Shown here: in pieces, positions 25,891-35,360 of the stretch
How positions within the stretch are numbered: the stretch's first letter is position 1
Layout of the letters: the number at the start of each line of letters is the position of its first letter
NCBI GenBank assembly: GCA_965651265.1
Contig: CBFGRV010000005.1
Span: forward strand, 7,708-71,707
Length of the DNA: 64,000 nt
Origin: an uncultured Rhodothermales bacterium
GTDB taxonomy: Bacteria; Bacteroidota; Rhodothermia; Rhodothermales; VXPQ01
Direction: 5' to 3'
Made by a program: the position numbers and the translations under genes
The notes under the pieces: model-generated
Database searches by the model: none
What the model was told of the DNA's origin: nothing
The model's input: only the letters and a program-made list of their open reading frames with translations

Positions 25891-27366
25891 GTGAGGCAGG
25901 CCGCTACAGATGTCGGACCTGCGCGCGGCACGCTCGCGCGAATCGGACTCATCTCAGGGGCTGCCGTAGCGATTGCGATTCTCCTGATTCCAGCTCCGAT
26001 GGGGCTGTCAGTCCCAGCCTGGAGGACGGCAGCCGTCGGTGCACTCATGGCGATCTGGTGGATGACGGAAGCCATTCCCATCCCCGCCACCGCCCTCTTG
26101 CCCCTCGCGTTGTTTCCGCTCCTCGGGGTCGCCGACATCAGCGAGGCCGCGGCGCCCTACGCCAATCCGCTCATCTTTCTCTTCCTCGGCGGATTCATCG
26201 TAGCGATCGCGATGGCGCGATGGAGTCTTCACCGCCGGATCGCCCTCCGAATCATCCATCTCGTTGGTGTTCAACCGCGCCGAATAGTTACGGGCTTCGC
26301 CATTTCTGCTGCCTTCCTGAGCATGTGGGTGAGCAACACGGCAACGGCCTTGATGATGTTGCCCATCGGACTCTCCATCGTGGAACTCGTGCAACGCCGC
26401 GCTGACCCAGCTGCATCGCCATCGGATGACGGCGGCAAATTTGCGACATGTCTCGTCCTGACCATCGCCTATGCCTGCAGCATAGGAGGGATGGCGACGC
26501 TCATCGGCACGCCCCCGAATGCCTTTTTCGCGGGCTTCATGCTGGAGACCTACGGGCGCTCCATCGGATTTCTCGAGTGGATGGGCATCGGCCTTCCGCT
26601 GGTAATCTGCACGCTTCCCATCCTCGTTCTGATGCTGACGCGGCTTCTCTTTCCGTTCCGAATCTTGGAAATCCATGGTGGCAGACAATTTGTCGCCGAT
26701 TCCCTGGTGCGGCTGGGCCCCCTTTCGCGCGGCGAGCGACTTGTTGCGATCGTCTTCACGGCCACGGCTTTCCTATGGATTTCGCGCCCCTTGCTCGAAT
26801 CCGTTCTTCCGGGGCTCTCGGATGCCGGGATTGCCATCACCATGGGGCTCGTCCTATTCATTCTGCCCGTGGATGCCGGCCGTGGCGAATTCGTGCTCCG
26901 GTGGAAGGATGCCGAGAAAGTGCCGTGGGGTGTTCTCATCCTGTTCGGAGGGGGACTGAGCCTGGCCTCCGCGATCGATCAGACCGGGCTGGCAGCGTGG
27001 ATAGGTGTGCAGGCAGCCGCGCTCGGAGGATGGCATCCCTTCATCCTCATCCTTGCGGTGGTAGCCACGATCGTGCTCCTGACGGAGCTGACGAGCAACA
27101 CGGCAACGGCCGCGGCCTTCGTCCCGATCGCTGCCTCGATGGCCGTGGGGCTCGGATACGACGCTCTGATGTTCGCCGTCCCGGTGACCCTCGGCGCGAG
27201 TGCGGCCTTCATGCTGCCCGTGGCCACGCCACCTAACGCCATCGTGTATGGGACGGGGATGGTGAGCATCCCCCAGATGGCGCGTGGGGGTCTGGCCCTC
27301 AATCTTATTTTTGCCGTACTGCTGAGCGCCGCGGGCTACCTGCTCGTCCCAGTGCTTTTCGCTTGA
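25891..27366 (+). CDS. DASS/SLC13-family anion:sodium symporter
   Basis: Two hairpin SNT motifs (WVSNTATALMMLPI and LTSNTATAAAFVPI) and MAIWWMTEAIPIPATALLP. The start is uncertain: the ORF opens at 25789, GTG 25891 is proposed, and ATG 25834 would overlap the divergent gene start. Confidence 0.8.
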   Translation: MRQAATDVGPARGTLARIGLISGAAVAIAILLIPAPMGLSVPAWRTAAVGALMAIWWMTEAIPIPATALLPLALFPLLGVADISEAAAPYANPLIFLFLGGFIVAIAMARWSLHRRIALRIIHLVGVQPRRIVTGFAISAAFLSMWVSNTATALMMLPIGLSIVELVQRRADPAASPSDDGGKFATCLVLTIAYACSIGGMATLIGTPPNAFFAGFMLETYGRSIGFLEWMGIGLPLVICTLPILVLMLTRLLFPFRILEIHGGRQFVADSLVRLGPLSRGERLVAIVFTATAFLWISRPLLESVLPGLSDAGIAITMGLVLFILPVDAGRGEFVLRWKDAEKVPWGVLILFGGGLSLASAIDQTGLAAWIGVQAAALGGWHPFILILAVVATIVLLTELTSNTATAAAFVPIAASMAVGLGYDALMFAVPVTLGASAAFMLPVATPPNAIVYGTGMVSIPQMARGGLALNLIFAVLLSAAGYLLVPVLFA

Positions 27367-27404
27367 AAGGAGGATGGTGGCGAGCGTGGCGTCCGCCTGG
27401 CGGC

Positions 27405-29009
27405 TTACGACGCTGAGACCGAATCCATTACCGGCCCGCCATGAAGCATCTCCTCCGTGACGCCATCGCGATAGCTCTCGAAGTTTCGGGCGAATAGCTC
27501 GGCGAGCTGGCGCGCCTGGCGATCGTAGTGCGCTCCATCCGCCCACGTGTTCCGAGGGATCAGGACGTCGGACGGCACCTGCCGGCACGCAGTCGGTACC
27601 TCGAACCCGAAATGTTCGTCGCGGGTGGTGGGCTGATTGCGCAATGATCCGTCATGGATCGCATTGATGATGGCGCGCGTGTGGGCTAGATCCATGCGCC
27701 GCCCTACTCCGTAAGGGCCCCCCGTGTATCCCGTGTTGACCAACCACGCATCCGCTTGGTGGCGTCGCATCCTCTCGGCGAGCATGCTGGCATACTTGCT
27801 CGGGTGCCAGACCATGAACGCGGCGCCGAAGCAAGCCGAGAAGGTGGCCTCAGGCTCGTCCACACCCACTTCCGTTCCCGCGACCTTGGCCGTGTAGCCG
27901 CTGATGAAATGGTACATGGCCTGTGCGGGGGTGAGTCGGGCAACAGGCGGAAGAACACCGAACGCGTCGTAGGTCAGGAAGATGATGTTGCTGGGATGCC
28001 CGCCGACGCACGGAATCTTCGCGTTTTCGATGTGCTCGATGGGATAGGCGGCGCGCGTGTTGAGGGTGATGCTTGTATCGCTGTAGTCCACCTCGCGGGT
28101 CTGTTCGTCGAAGACTACGTTCTCCAGCACGGTCCCAAACCGAATGGCGCCGTGGATCTGCGGCTCCTTCTCGGGCGAGAGGTTGAGCACCTTGGCGTAG
28201 CATCCTCCCTCGATGTTGAAGATGCCGTTGTCCCCCCAGCAGTGCTCGTCGTCGCCGATGAGACGGCGGCCAGGGTCGGCGGAAAGCGTCGTCTTTCCCG
28301 TTCCTGAGAGACCGAAGAAGAGCGATACATCCCCGTCACGCCCTTCATTGGCGGAGCAGTGCATCGAAAGCACGTCCACGCGGGGCATCAGGTAATTCAT
28401 GACCGTGAAGATGCCCTTCTTCATTTCGCCGGCATACTCCGTGCCGAGGATGACCATCTCACGATCCTCGAAGCTCAAGTCGACGCTCGTCTTTGAGGTC
28501 ATGTGGGATGTGTAGCGGTTGCACGGGAATTCGCCGGCGTTGAAAATCGTGAAATCTGGTTCACCGAAATCATCCAGCTTCTCCTCGGGGACCCGGATCA
28601 GCATGTTATGCATGAACAGCGCGTGATAGGCACGAGAGCAGATGATGCGCACCTTGAGCCGATATCTAGGATCCCAACCCGCGTAGCCATCAACGACGTA
28701 AAGCCGTTCGCGTGTGTTCAGGTAGTCGATCGCTCGCTCGCGGTTGACGAGGAAGGTGTGGTGATCCAACTTGACGTTGATACGGCCCCACCAGATGTCG
28801 CCGCTGCTTTCGGGGTGGTCGACGACTCTCTTATCCGCCGGACTGCGGCCCGTCTTCTCGCCGGATGAGATGGCGAGGGCTCCGGAGCTGACAATGGCCG
28901 CCGTTCGGTCGTATCGCAGGGCGTCCTCGTAAATCTTGGCGGGTACTCGATTTCTATAGATCTCGGGGACGGAAATCCCTTGATCCTCCAGAGAAAATGC
29001 GTTCGACAT
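27405..29009 (-). CDS. pckA: Phosphoenolpyruvate carboxykinase (ATP)
   Basis: 534 aa. [16 protein letters not shown], kinase-1a [13 protein letters not shown] and IGDDEHCW. Confidence 0.9.
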   Translation of the reverse strand: MSNAFSLEDQGISVPEIYRNRVPAKIYEDALRYDRTAAIVSSGALAISSGEKTGRSPADKRVVDHPESSGDIWWGRINVKLDHHTFLVNRERAIDYLNTRERLYVVDGYAGWDPRYRLKVRIICSRAYHALFMHNMLIRVPEEKLDDFGEPDFTIFNAGEFPCNRYTSHMTSKTSVDLSFEDREMVILGTEYAGEMKKGIFTVMNYLMPRVDVLSMHCSANEGRDGDVSLFFGLSGTGKTTLSADPGRRLIGDDEHCWGDNGIFNIEGGCYAKVLNLSPEKEPQIHGAIRFGTVLENVVFDEQTREVDYSDTSITLNTRAAYPIEHIENAKIPCVGGHPSNIIFLTYDAFGVLPPVARLTPAQAMYHFISGYTAKVAGTEVGVDEPEATFSACFGAAFMVWHPSKYASMLAERMRRHQADAWLVNTGYTGGPYGVGRRMDLAHTRAIINAIHDGSLRNQPTTRDEHFGFEVPTACRQVPSDVLIPRNTWADGAHYDRQARQLAELFARNFESYRDGVTEEMLHGGPVMDSVSAS

Positions 29010-29118
29010 CGAATGCGTGGAAGAGCTTTATTATTCAACGAAGGCGGCAACGGGTCGGAAGCGTTTCCGCATCCTATCAATATGCATGCCTTCCGAATGC
29101 GGATCCCGTGAAAATCGA

Positions 29119-30996
29119 TCAGGGCTCCGCGATCTGCTCCGTCTGAAGCTTATGGGTGGGGAGGGTGAACGTGAATGTGGCCCCCTCGTCCGGATTTGCG
29201 GTCGCCGAAATCGAACCGTCGTGGCGCTCGACGATTCGGCGGCAGATGGCCAACCCGATGCCACTGCCGGAGTACTTGGCGCGAGAGTGGAGACGCTGAA
29301 ATGGGGTGAAGATCCGCTCAGCGTGATTCTCGTCGAAACCGATGCCGTTGTCGGAGACCGAGATGCGCCAGCCGGGCCGTGTGGTTGCCTCCACCTCTTC
29401 GGCCGTGATGCGGATCACGGGTGTGACATTCGGACGTCGAAACTTCAGGGAGTTCGCGATCAAGTTCTGAAAGAGCTGCCTCATTTGTGACTCGTCGGCA
29501 TCGAGCGTTGGAAGATGCTCGGCCTGGATTTCTGCGGAGGTCTCCTTCAGAGGAACTTCGAGGTCGAGCAAGACCTCTTCCAATACCTTGTTCAGATCGG
29601 TCGGCGTTTGCCGGCGTTGACGGGTCTGAATGCGCGAATACTCAAGGAGGTCATTGATGAGTTGTGACATTCGGGCAGCCGCATGCTCGATACGATCCAG
29701 GTAGTCGCCACCGTCCTCCGGCAGCGACTCCTCGAAATCGGAGCGAAGCAACCCTGTGAAGGTCCGGATCTTTCGGAGCGGCTCCTGTAGATCGTGTGAC
29801 GCTGCGTACGCGAATTCCTGAAGCTCCCGATTCCGAATCTTAAGCTGCCGATTGGCTTCCTCGAGCCTTCGCTCGGCTCGACGCCGTTCGCGAACCTCGC
29901 CGGTCAATGACTCATTCAGTTTCTGGAGGTCGTTCGTCTTCTCGATAACCCGAGTCTCCAGCGTTTCATTGAGATCGCGCAGCTTGCGCTCGACCTTCCT
30001 GCGCTCGCGGAGCTCGTTCCGTGAAGCATCGTAGAGCCGAGCATTATCGACGGCAAGTCCACAGATGCGACCAAGCTCGAGGAGTAGCGGGAGATCGCGT
30101 TCGTCGAAGCTGCGCCCACTCTCCGCCGCTACCATGGACATTACCCCGACGGTACGGCCACGAGCTTTGAGAGGCACACACGCATACGAGACGAGGCCGA
30201 GGGATCGGAGGATGCGATAGTGATCGTCGTTGCGAGCGGTCGTCCTGAGGTTGCTGTCCGTGATCTGCGCTACGATCAACGGCTCGCCGCTTTCCACGAC
30301 CTCGAAAATCTTACCCGCTGTCTCGGGACTAAGCGGAAAGCGGGCCCGCAGGTTGCGGGCAAGCTCCGCCTTTTCAGGGTTCGAGTGTCGGATGGCGGCC
30401 AGCCCCAGAGTGCCATCCTCCTGGAGGAGGTCGATGGCACACCAATCTGCAAGCTCCGGCACGAGGGCGCCGACGACGTTCGTCATCGTTTCCTCGTAGT
30501 CGAGTGATTCGGTCACGGCGAAGCTGGCCTCGGCAACGAAGCGCACGGAATCTTCGGCGCGCTTTCGATCCGTGATGTCGCGAGCAATGGCGAGCAGTTG
30601 GCGTGGACGATCCGTCTCGTCCTTGATGGGGGTGACGATGACATCCCACCACTTAGGCCGTCCTTTCAGGGTGGGTCGATAACCTTCGAAACGGCCGATG
30701 CGCCCCTGTCTCGCATCAAGGAGTGCCTGCCGCACCTTCTCGCGATGCTCGCCTGCCCAGAGATCGATCCACGGCTTGCCAATCCATCGGTTCAGATCAA
30801 CGATCTCCATCAGATGGCGACCGCTGCTGTTCATGGAAAGCAACCGCCCCTCAAGATCGAGAACCTTGATACTATCTTGGCTGCTGTCGGCTAGCGCTCG
30901 ATACAGAGGCTCTCCAGCCTCCATATCACCTCCAGGCGAAAGCGTTTGCTCCTTGTCGTGAGGGGATGCGGGCACGGTGTACGACGGCGCGTTCAA
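29119..30996 (-). CDS. Sensor histidine kinase (PAS-GAF-coiled coil-HisKA-HATPase), no adjacent response regulator
   Basis: H-box AASHDLQEPLRKI, N-box LFQNLIANSLKF and G-boxes DNGIGF and GSGIGLAICRRIV. PAS-like and GAF-like N-terminal regions. Confidence 0.85.
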   Translation of the reverse strand: MNAPSYTVPASPHDKEQTLSPGGDMEAGEPLYRALADSSQDSIKVLDLEGRLLSMNSSGRHLMEIVDLNRWIGKPWIDLWAGEHREKVRQALLDARQGRIGRFEGYRPTLKGRPKWWDVIVTPIKDETDRPRQLLAIARDITDRKRAEDSVRFVAEASFAVTESLDYEETMTNVVGALVPELADWCAIDLLQEDGTLGLAAIRHSNPEKAELARNLRARFPLSPETAGKIFEVVESGEPLIVAQITDSNLRTTARNDDHYRILRSLGLVSYACVPLKARGRTVGVMSMVAAESGRSFDERDLPLLLELGRICGLAVDNARLYDASRNELRERRKVERKLRDLNETLETRVIEKTNDLQKLNESLTGEVRERRRAERRLEEANRQLKIRNRELQEFAYAASHDLQEPLRKIRTFTGLLRSDFEESLPEDGGDYLDRIEHAAARMSQLINDLLEYSRIQTRQRRQTPTDLNKVLEEVLLDLEVPLKETSAEIQAEHLPTLDADESQMRQLFQNLIANSLKFRRPNVTPVIRITAEEVEATTRPGWRISVSDNGIGFDENHAERIFTPFQRLHSRAKYSGSGIGLAICRRIVERHDGSISATANPDEGATFTFTLPTHKLQTEQIAEP

Positions 30997-31210
30997 ACAC
31001 GCAAATGAAACGGAAAACTACAGCGGCCTCTCCAGCGCGGCGTCTGGGCTAAGAAACTTTTACAGAATCGTATAACTCCCTAACGAACCGTCTACATAGC
31101 CTATCAGGCCGTACGTAACCCAAATGATGGTACCGCACGGTGGTACGGTTTCAGAGGCACGATGGGACGAGTTCGGAGCTCGGTGTGTCTCGTGAAAGTG
31201 AGTCAGGCGA

Positions 31211-32719
31211 CTAGGATCCGGACTCAATAGCCGCCAGCGCTGAAAACGTTTCCAGAAGTGATGGGTAGAGGCCACGGTACACGTGATACGAGGCCTCGTA
31301 GCGTTCGGCGGCAGAAGGGCTGACCGGCGTCGAGCCCGTGATATGAATGGCGGACTCGCACGCGGCGTCGACATCCGGCCATCTTCCCGCCCCCACCGCC
31401 GCCAATAACGCGGCGCCGTATGCGGCTCCCTCCGTGGTGTTAACCGTGACGAGCTCGACGCCGAGGACGTCCGCCAGGATTTGACGCCAGACATCGCTGC
31501 GGGCTCCTCCCCCGGATACTCGCACCTGATCGATCGACCGAAGACCGGCGGCCTTCATGAGCTCGAAGCTGTCGCGCAGACCGAAAGCGACGCCCTCCAG
31601 TACCGCACGCGTCATGTGATTGCGACCATGGCGGACGGTCAACCCGACGAAGGCTCCGCGCGCCGTCGGATCGGCATGAGGCGTGCGCTCACCCGTGAGA
31701 TACGGAAGAAAGAGCAGCCCCTCGGCCCCCGGTGATATCGAGGCTGCCGGGTCGATGAGGCCGGCAAACTCGGTACCCGGCGCGATTTGATCGCGATACC
31801 ATCGAAGGCTTCCCGCGGCCGACAGCATCACGCCCATGAGGTGCCATCTACCCGGTACGGCATGGCAAAATGAATGGAGTCGACCCTCCGGCTCGATGAA
31901 GGGTTCATCCACGCTTGCGAAAACCACGCCTGACGTTCCCAGCGTCAGCGCCACGACGCCCTCGCGAACGGCCCCAACGCCTACCGCTTGCGCGCTCTGG
32001 TCTCCGCCTCCGGCCACGACGGGCGTCTCGGGTCGAAGTCCGGTGGCCTTCGCCGCCTCCCGTGTGATTGCGCCGGTCACCTCGGGCCCCTCGTGCGTCT
32101 TAGGAAGCCAGGATCGTGGTATGTCGAGGCGGTCGAGAACGAGATCGGACCAATCACGCGATCGAATGTCGAGCAAGAGCGTTCCCGCGGCTCCGGCCCT
32201 GTCCGTCGCCCGCTCCCCGGTCAGACGAAATCGAACGTAGTCCTTAGGAAGGAGAACGGCATCGATTTGATGGTAGATCTCCGGTTCGTGATGGCGGACC
32301 CAGAGGAGCTTGGGAGCCGTGAAGCCCGTGAGTGCGTCGTTTCCGGTGGTGGCAATGAGGGTATCACGCCCCACCTTCTCGCGGATTTCGTCGCACTCGG
32401 CGGCCGTGCGTTGATCGTTCCAGAGGATGGCAGGCCTGAGCACCTGGCCCGATGCATCGAGGAGCACCAGGCCATGCATCTGGCCGGTAAGGCCCACGGC
32501 TTCGACATCGTTCCCATCGATGCCTGCCTGGGTCAGGGCCGCACGAATGCTCTGAACGGCGCCTTCCCACCACAGATCGGGATGCTGCTCGCTCCAGAGG
32601 GGTTTCGGCGTTTCGAAGCCGTACTCACTGGAGGCCGTAGCCACGACGAGGCCCTCCCCATCGATGAGGAGGGCCTTGGTGGCCGTGGTAGAGACGTCTA
32701 TACCGAGAAAGTATGCCAT
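31211..32719 (-). CDS. xylB: Xylulokinase (FGGY carbohydrate kinase family)
   Basis: Start at ATG 32719 (MAYFLGIDVSTTATKALLID), TGQMHGLVLLD and VSGGGARSDVWRQILADV. Confidence 0.8.
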   Translation of the reverse strand: MAYFLGIDVSTTATKALLIDGEGLVVATASSEYGFETPKPLWSEQHPDLWWEGAVQSIRAALTQAGIDGNDVEAVGLTGQMHGLVLLDASGQVLRPAILWNDQRTAAECDEIREKVGRDTLIATTGNDALTGFTAPKLLWVRHHEPEIYHQIDAVLLPKDYVRFRLTGERATDRAGAAGTLLLDIRSRDWSDLVLDRLDIPRSWLPKTHEGPEVTGAITREAAKATGLRPETPVVAGGGDQSAQAVGVGAVREGVVALTLGTSGVVFASVDEPFIEPEGRLHSFCHAVPGRWHLMGVMLSAAGSLRWYRDQIAPGTEFAGLIDPAASISPGAEGLLFLPYLTGERTPHADPTARGAFVGLTVRHGRNHMTRAVLEGVAFGLRDSFELMKAAGLRSIDQVRVSGGGARSDVWRQILADVLGVELVTVNTTEGAAYGAALLAAVGAGRWPDVDAACESAIHITGSTPVSPSAAERYEASYHVYRGLYPSLLETFSALAAIESGS

Positions 32720-32742
32720 GCGGTCGAGATCGGCCGCAGGCG

Positions 32743-33114
32743 TCAGGCCTGCTGCGCCACCCAGAGCGTGCAGTAACCTTCCGGATGAATGGGTCCAGGT
32801 ACGACCTGACAGCCGCCACACTGCGCACCGGCCTCAGGTTCCGTAAAGAGCTGGCAGTTACTGCAGTACATATCGGCGTGTGGCGAGTCGTCCACGTATT
32901 GTGTGGTCTCTCGCTGTTGAATCTGCGCTTCCGTCAAGCCGGAGGTATCCATGCACGAGAAGCTTTCTCCGGCCGCGGTATCACCGTTCGTACTCTGTTC
33001 GCTGCCGCCGCCGCAGGCGCTGAGTAGGGTCGGTGTGATGACGCCGGCCGTACCGAGGGCCGCCAGCTTCTGGATGAACTCGCGTCGGGTGCCAGTCTGC
33101 TTATCGTTTGCCAT
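32743..33114 (-). CDS. High-potential iron-sulfur protein (HiPIP), Tat-exported
   Basis: Tat motif TRREFIQKLAALG. Four-Cys HiPIP pattern YVDDSPHADMYCSNCQLF..CGGC..GYCTLW. Strong SD (AGGAGGAACC) before the ATG. Confidence 0.8.
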   Translation of the reverse strand: MANDKQTGTRREFIQKLAALGTAGVITPTLLSACGGGSEQSTNGDTAAGESFSCMDTSGLTEAQIQQRETTQYVDDSPHADMYCSNCQLFTEPEAGAQCGGCQVVPGPIHPEGYCTLWVAQQA

Positions 33115-33136
33115 GGTTCCTCCTGTTGGGTTGCAC

Positions 33137-33162
33137 TTCTATGTAGTCCGGCTATGTAGTCC
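33137..33162. repeat. Exact 13-bp tandem duplication CTATGTAGTCCGG x2 in the HiPIP/NRAMP divergent intergenic region
   Basis: Read directly: 33137-33149 and 33150-33162 are identical. Confidence 0.95.
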
Positions 33163-33217
33163 GGCGACTGGCTGTCGCCCTGCCGGAGTATCGGGTGAGA
33201 TACTGGTGCCACGCTAT

Positions 33218-33268
33218 TGTATCTGTTGCCCGGCACATTTTCCACTACGATGTATCTTGTTGCCGGTC
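33218..33268. repeat. Imperfect direct repeat TGTATCT(T)GTTGCC(C)GG, two copies about 32 bp apart, upstream of the NRAMP gene
   Basis: TTGTATCTGTTGCCCGGC (33218-33234) and GATGTATCTTGTTGCCGGTC (33250-33268). Candidate operator half-sites. Confidence 0.6.
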
Positions 33269-33283
33269 TGAAACGATGTTTAG

Positions 33284-34711
33284 ATGGAGTCTAAATTGGC
33301 GATCCAGCTAGAGCCGGCGGAAACAACGTGGATCCGGCCCGCCCCGAAGGGCTGGGCCATCGCACTCGTCGTCGGACCGTCCCTTGTCTGGTGTGCCGAG
33401 TACATAGGCTCGGGTGAGGTCATCCTGGCCACACGGACCGGTGCAGTTCTCGGCACAGCCGTGCTCTGGGCCGTCGTCTTCGGGATCTTCCTGAAGTATT
33501 GGATTGGCATGTCCGGCGCCCGCTATACGGTATGCACGGGCGAGGGGATGATCGACATGTGTGCACGCATGCCCGGCCCCCGCAACTGGGCTGTGTGGAT
33601 CATTCTCGTAGCGCAGCTCGCGGCGGCTGCCATCTCGATTGCGTCGATTGCCGCGGCAGCCGGTGCCTTCGTCCATGCCCTTTTACCGGTCTCGTCCCAG
33701 GTGGGCGGATGGGTCATTACGATCTTTGCCGTAGTTGTCGTGTGGTCGGGAACGTTCGATATCCTGAAGATCGTGATGAGCATATTCGTTCTGATTACGG
33801 TCATCGGGGTCATCTATGTGGCCGGATACGTTCTCCCCGGCGCCGCTGAGCTGTTTGCCGGCCTGATGCCCGGCGTACCGCCCGTACCCGACTGGGCCAT
33901 CGAACAGGGCACACATGAGAACGGCTGGAGGGAGGTCCTGCCGTTGCTGGGATGGGGCGCGGGCGGTTTCGCGAGCCAGGTCTGGTACACATACTGGGTG
34001 CTTGGGGCAGGCTACGGCGCGGCGAGCGGCCGCTCGTACGGAGAACCCGCACCCATCGAGAAGCTCCGCCGCCTCGGTCGCGAAGAGGCGCTCCGGCTGA
34101 AGGGCTGGTGCCGGGTCGTGTACGCCGATGCAACACTCGCCATGGTGATCGGTATCGTCGTCACCTCATGTTTCCTGATCGCAGGCGCCGGAATTCTAAG
34201 ACCACTCTCGCTAGCTCCCGATGGGCCCCAGGTCGCGATCACGCTTTCGACCATCTTTTCAAGTCGCTGGGCCGAGATCGGAGGCACACTCTTCCTGCTG
34301 GGCGGACTATCGGCTCTGGTCGCCACGCAGATTGGCCAGCTTGCCGGTTGGCCAAGGCTCCTTGCGGACGCCGTTCGCATCTGCATCCCGGTATTCAACC
34401 GTCGCCTGGAGTGGAAACAGCAATTTCGATCGTTCCTCCTCCTCTTTTTTGCATCCAACATGATACTCGTCTACACACTGGGCCTCCGCCCGGTGGCCCT
34501 CGTGAAGTTGGGGGCTGTGTTGGATGGCTTGCTACTCACCCCGCTGCAGGCACTCTGGGTACTGCTCGGTCTATTCGTGGTGCTTCCGAAAGTGCTGAGC
34601 CGTGAAGCCTACGAGGAGCTTCGACCCCATTGGATCATCGCGCTTGGCCTGGTCGTGGCCTTTCTAGTTTTCGGATACTTCTGTGTATTCCAGATGCCGT
34701 ACGTGCTCTGA
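33284..34711 (+). CDS. NRAMP-family (divergent) metal-ion transporter
   Basis: 475 aa and about 11 TM segments. N-terminal GPSLVWCAEYIGSGEVILATRTGAVLGTAVLW aligns with the MntH TM1 region, but GSGE replaces the canonical DPGN. Confidence 0.7.
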   Translation: MESKLAIQLEPAETTWIRPAPKGWAIALVVGPSLVWCAEYIGSGEVILATRTGAVLGTAVLWAVVFGIFLKYWIGMSGARYTVCTGEGMIDMCARMPGPRNWAVWIILVAQLAAAAISIASIAAAAGAFVHALLPVSSQVGGWVITIFAVVVVWSGTFDILKIVMSIFVLITVIGVIYVAGYVLPGAAELFAGLMPGVPPVPDWAIEQGTHENGWREVLPLLGWGAGGFASQVWYTYWVLGAGYGAASGRSYGEPAPIEKLRRLGREEALRLKGWCRVVYADATLAMVIGIVVTSCFLIAGAGILRPLSLAPDGPQVAITLSTIFSSRWAEIGGTLFLLGGLSALVATQIGQLAGWPRLLADAVRICIPVFNRRLEWKQQFRSFLLLFFASNMILVYTLGLRPVALVKLGAVLDGLLLTPLQALWVLLGLFVVLPKVLSREAYEELRPHWIIALGLVVAFLVFGYFCVFQMPYVL

Positions 34712-34722
34712 GCCGACGACTT

Positions 34723-35349
34723 TTGAAGAACCTTCCATCCGATATAGTCTTTCGCCACCTCCGGTTCGATCCCGAATATCTGGAGGGCTGGGAGGCCCTG
34801 CTTTCCCGGTACGAAGCGGAGCGCGCGCATGAGTTCACGGGCAAGAAACGTCGCCGGGAGTTCATCCTCGGGCGTGCGGCGGCCCGCCTGCTTCTCTCGG
34901 ACGAGCTGGCAGTCGAGCCGCAAGCCGTTCCGCTGTCCGTAGCCGAAAGCGGTGCCATCGATGTGGTCGGCGCCGATCTGCATGTCTCTATTGCGCATTC
35001 CGGTGATCACGCCGTCGCGGCGGCATCCTCGCGGATGGTTGGCGTCGACATCGAGTCGATCGTGCCGCGGAATACCGAACTACGCCGATTCCTGGTGCAT
35101 CCCGACGAACAGGAGCTGCTCGAATCCATACCCCTTGATCCCAATAGGTCGCAGATACTCTGGTGGACCCTCAAGGAGGCTACCCTGAAGGCGATGCGAA
35201 CGGGGCTGCGCTTTCCACCCAGGAAAATTCGGCTCGATGTCGATCTCGGCGAGGAGCGAGCCAGGGCGTACGTGGAAGAAGGACGCGACTGGGACCTCTT
35301 TTTCGAGGAGTGGGATGGCTACTACGTGGCCGTCGCAGCGGAGCCCTGA
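34723..35349 (+). CDS. 4'-phosphopantetheinyl transferase (Sfp type)
   Basis: Motifs VGVDIESI and WWTLKEATLKA. The ORF opens at TTG 34630, inside the NRAMP 3' end, with no ATG. TTG 34723 is proposed as the start but is uncertain. Confidence 0.7.
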   Translation: MKNLPSDIVFRHLRFDPEYLEGWEALLSRYEAERAHEFTGKKRRREFILGRAAARLLLSDELAVEPQAVPLSVAESGAIDVVGADLHVSIAHSGDHAVAAASSRMVGVDIESIVPRNTELRRFLVHPDEQELLESIPLDPNRSQILWWTLKEATLKAMRTGLRFPPRKIRLDVDLGEERARAYVEEGRDWDLFFEEWDGYYVAVAAEP

Positions 35350-35360
35350 GAAGATCGGCC

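Noticed and set aside
27367-27404. Bidirectional terminator between the DASS transporter and pckA
   Set aside because: Only 4-5 bp pairings (GCGTC/GACGC, CCGCC/GGCGG) and no T/A-tracts.
33163-33283. yybP-ykoY (Mn2+) riboswitch in the NRAMP 5' region
   Set aside because: The hairpins are present, but I could not find the conserved GGGGAGUAG or CUUGACA-type cores of that class. Needs a covariance-model scan to be sure.
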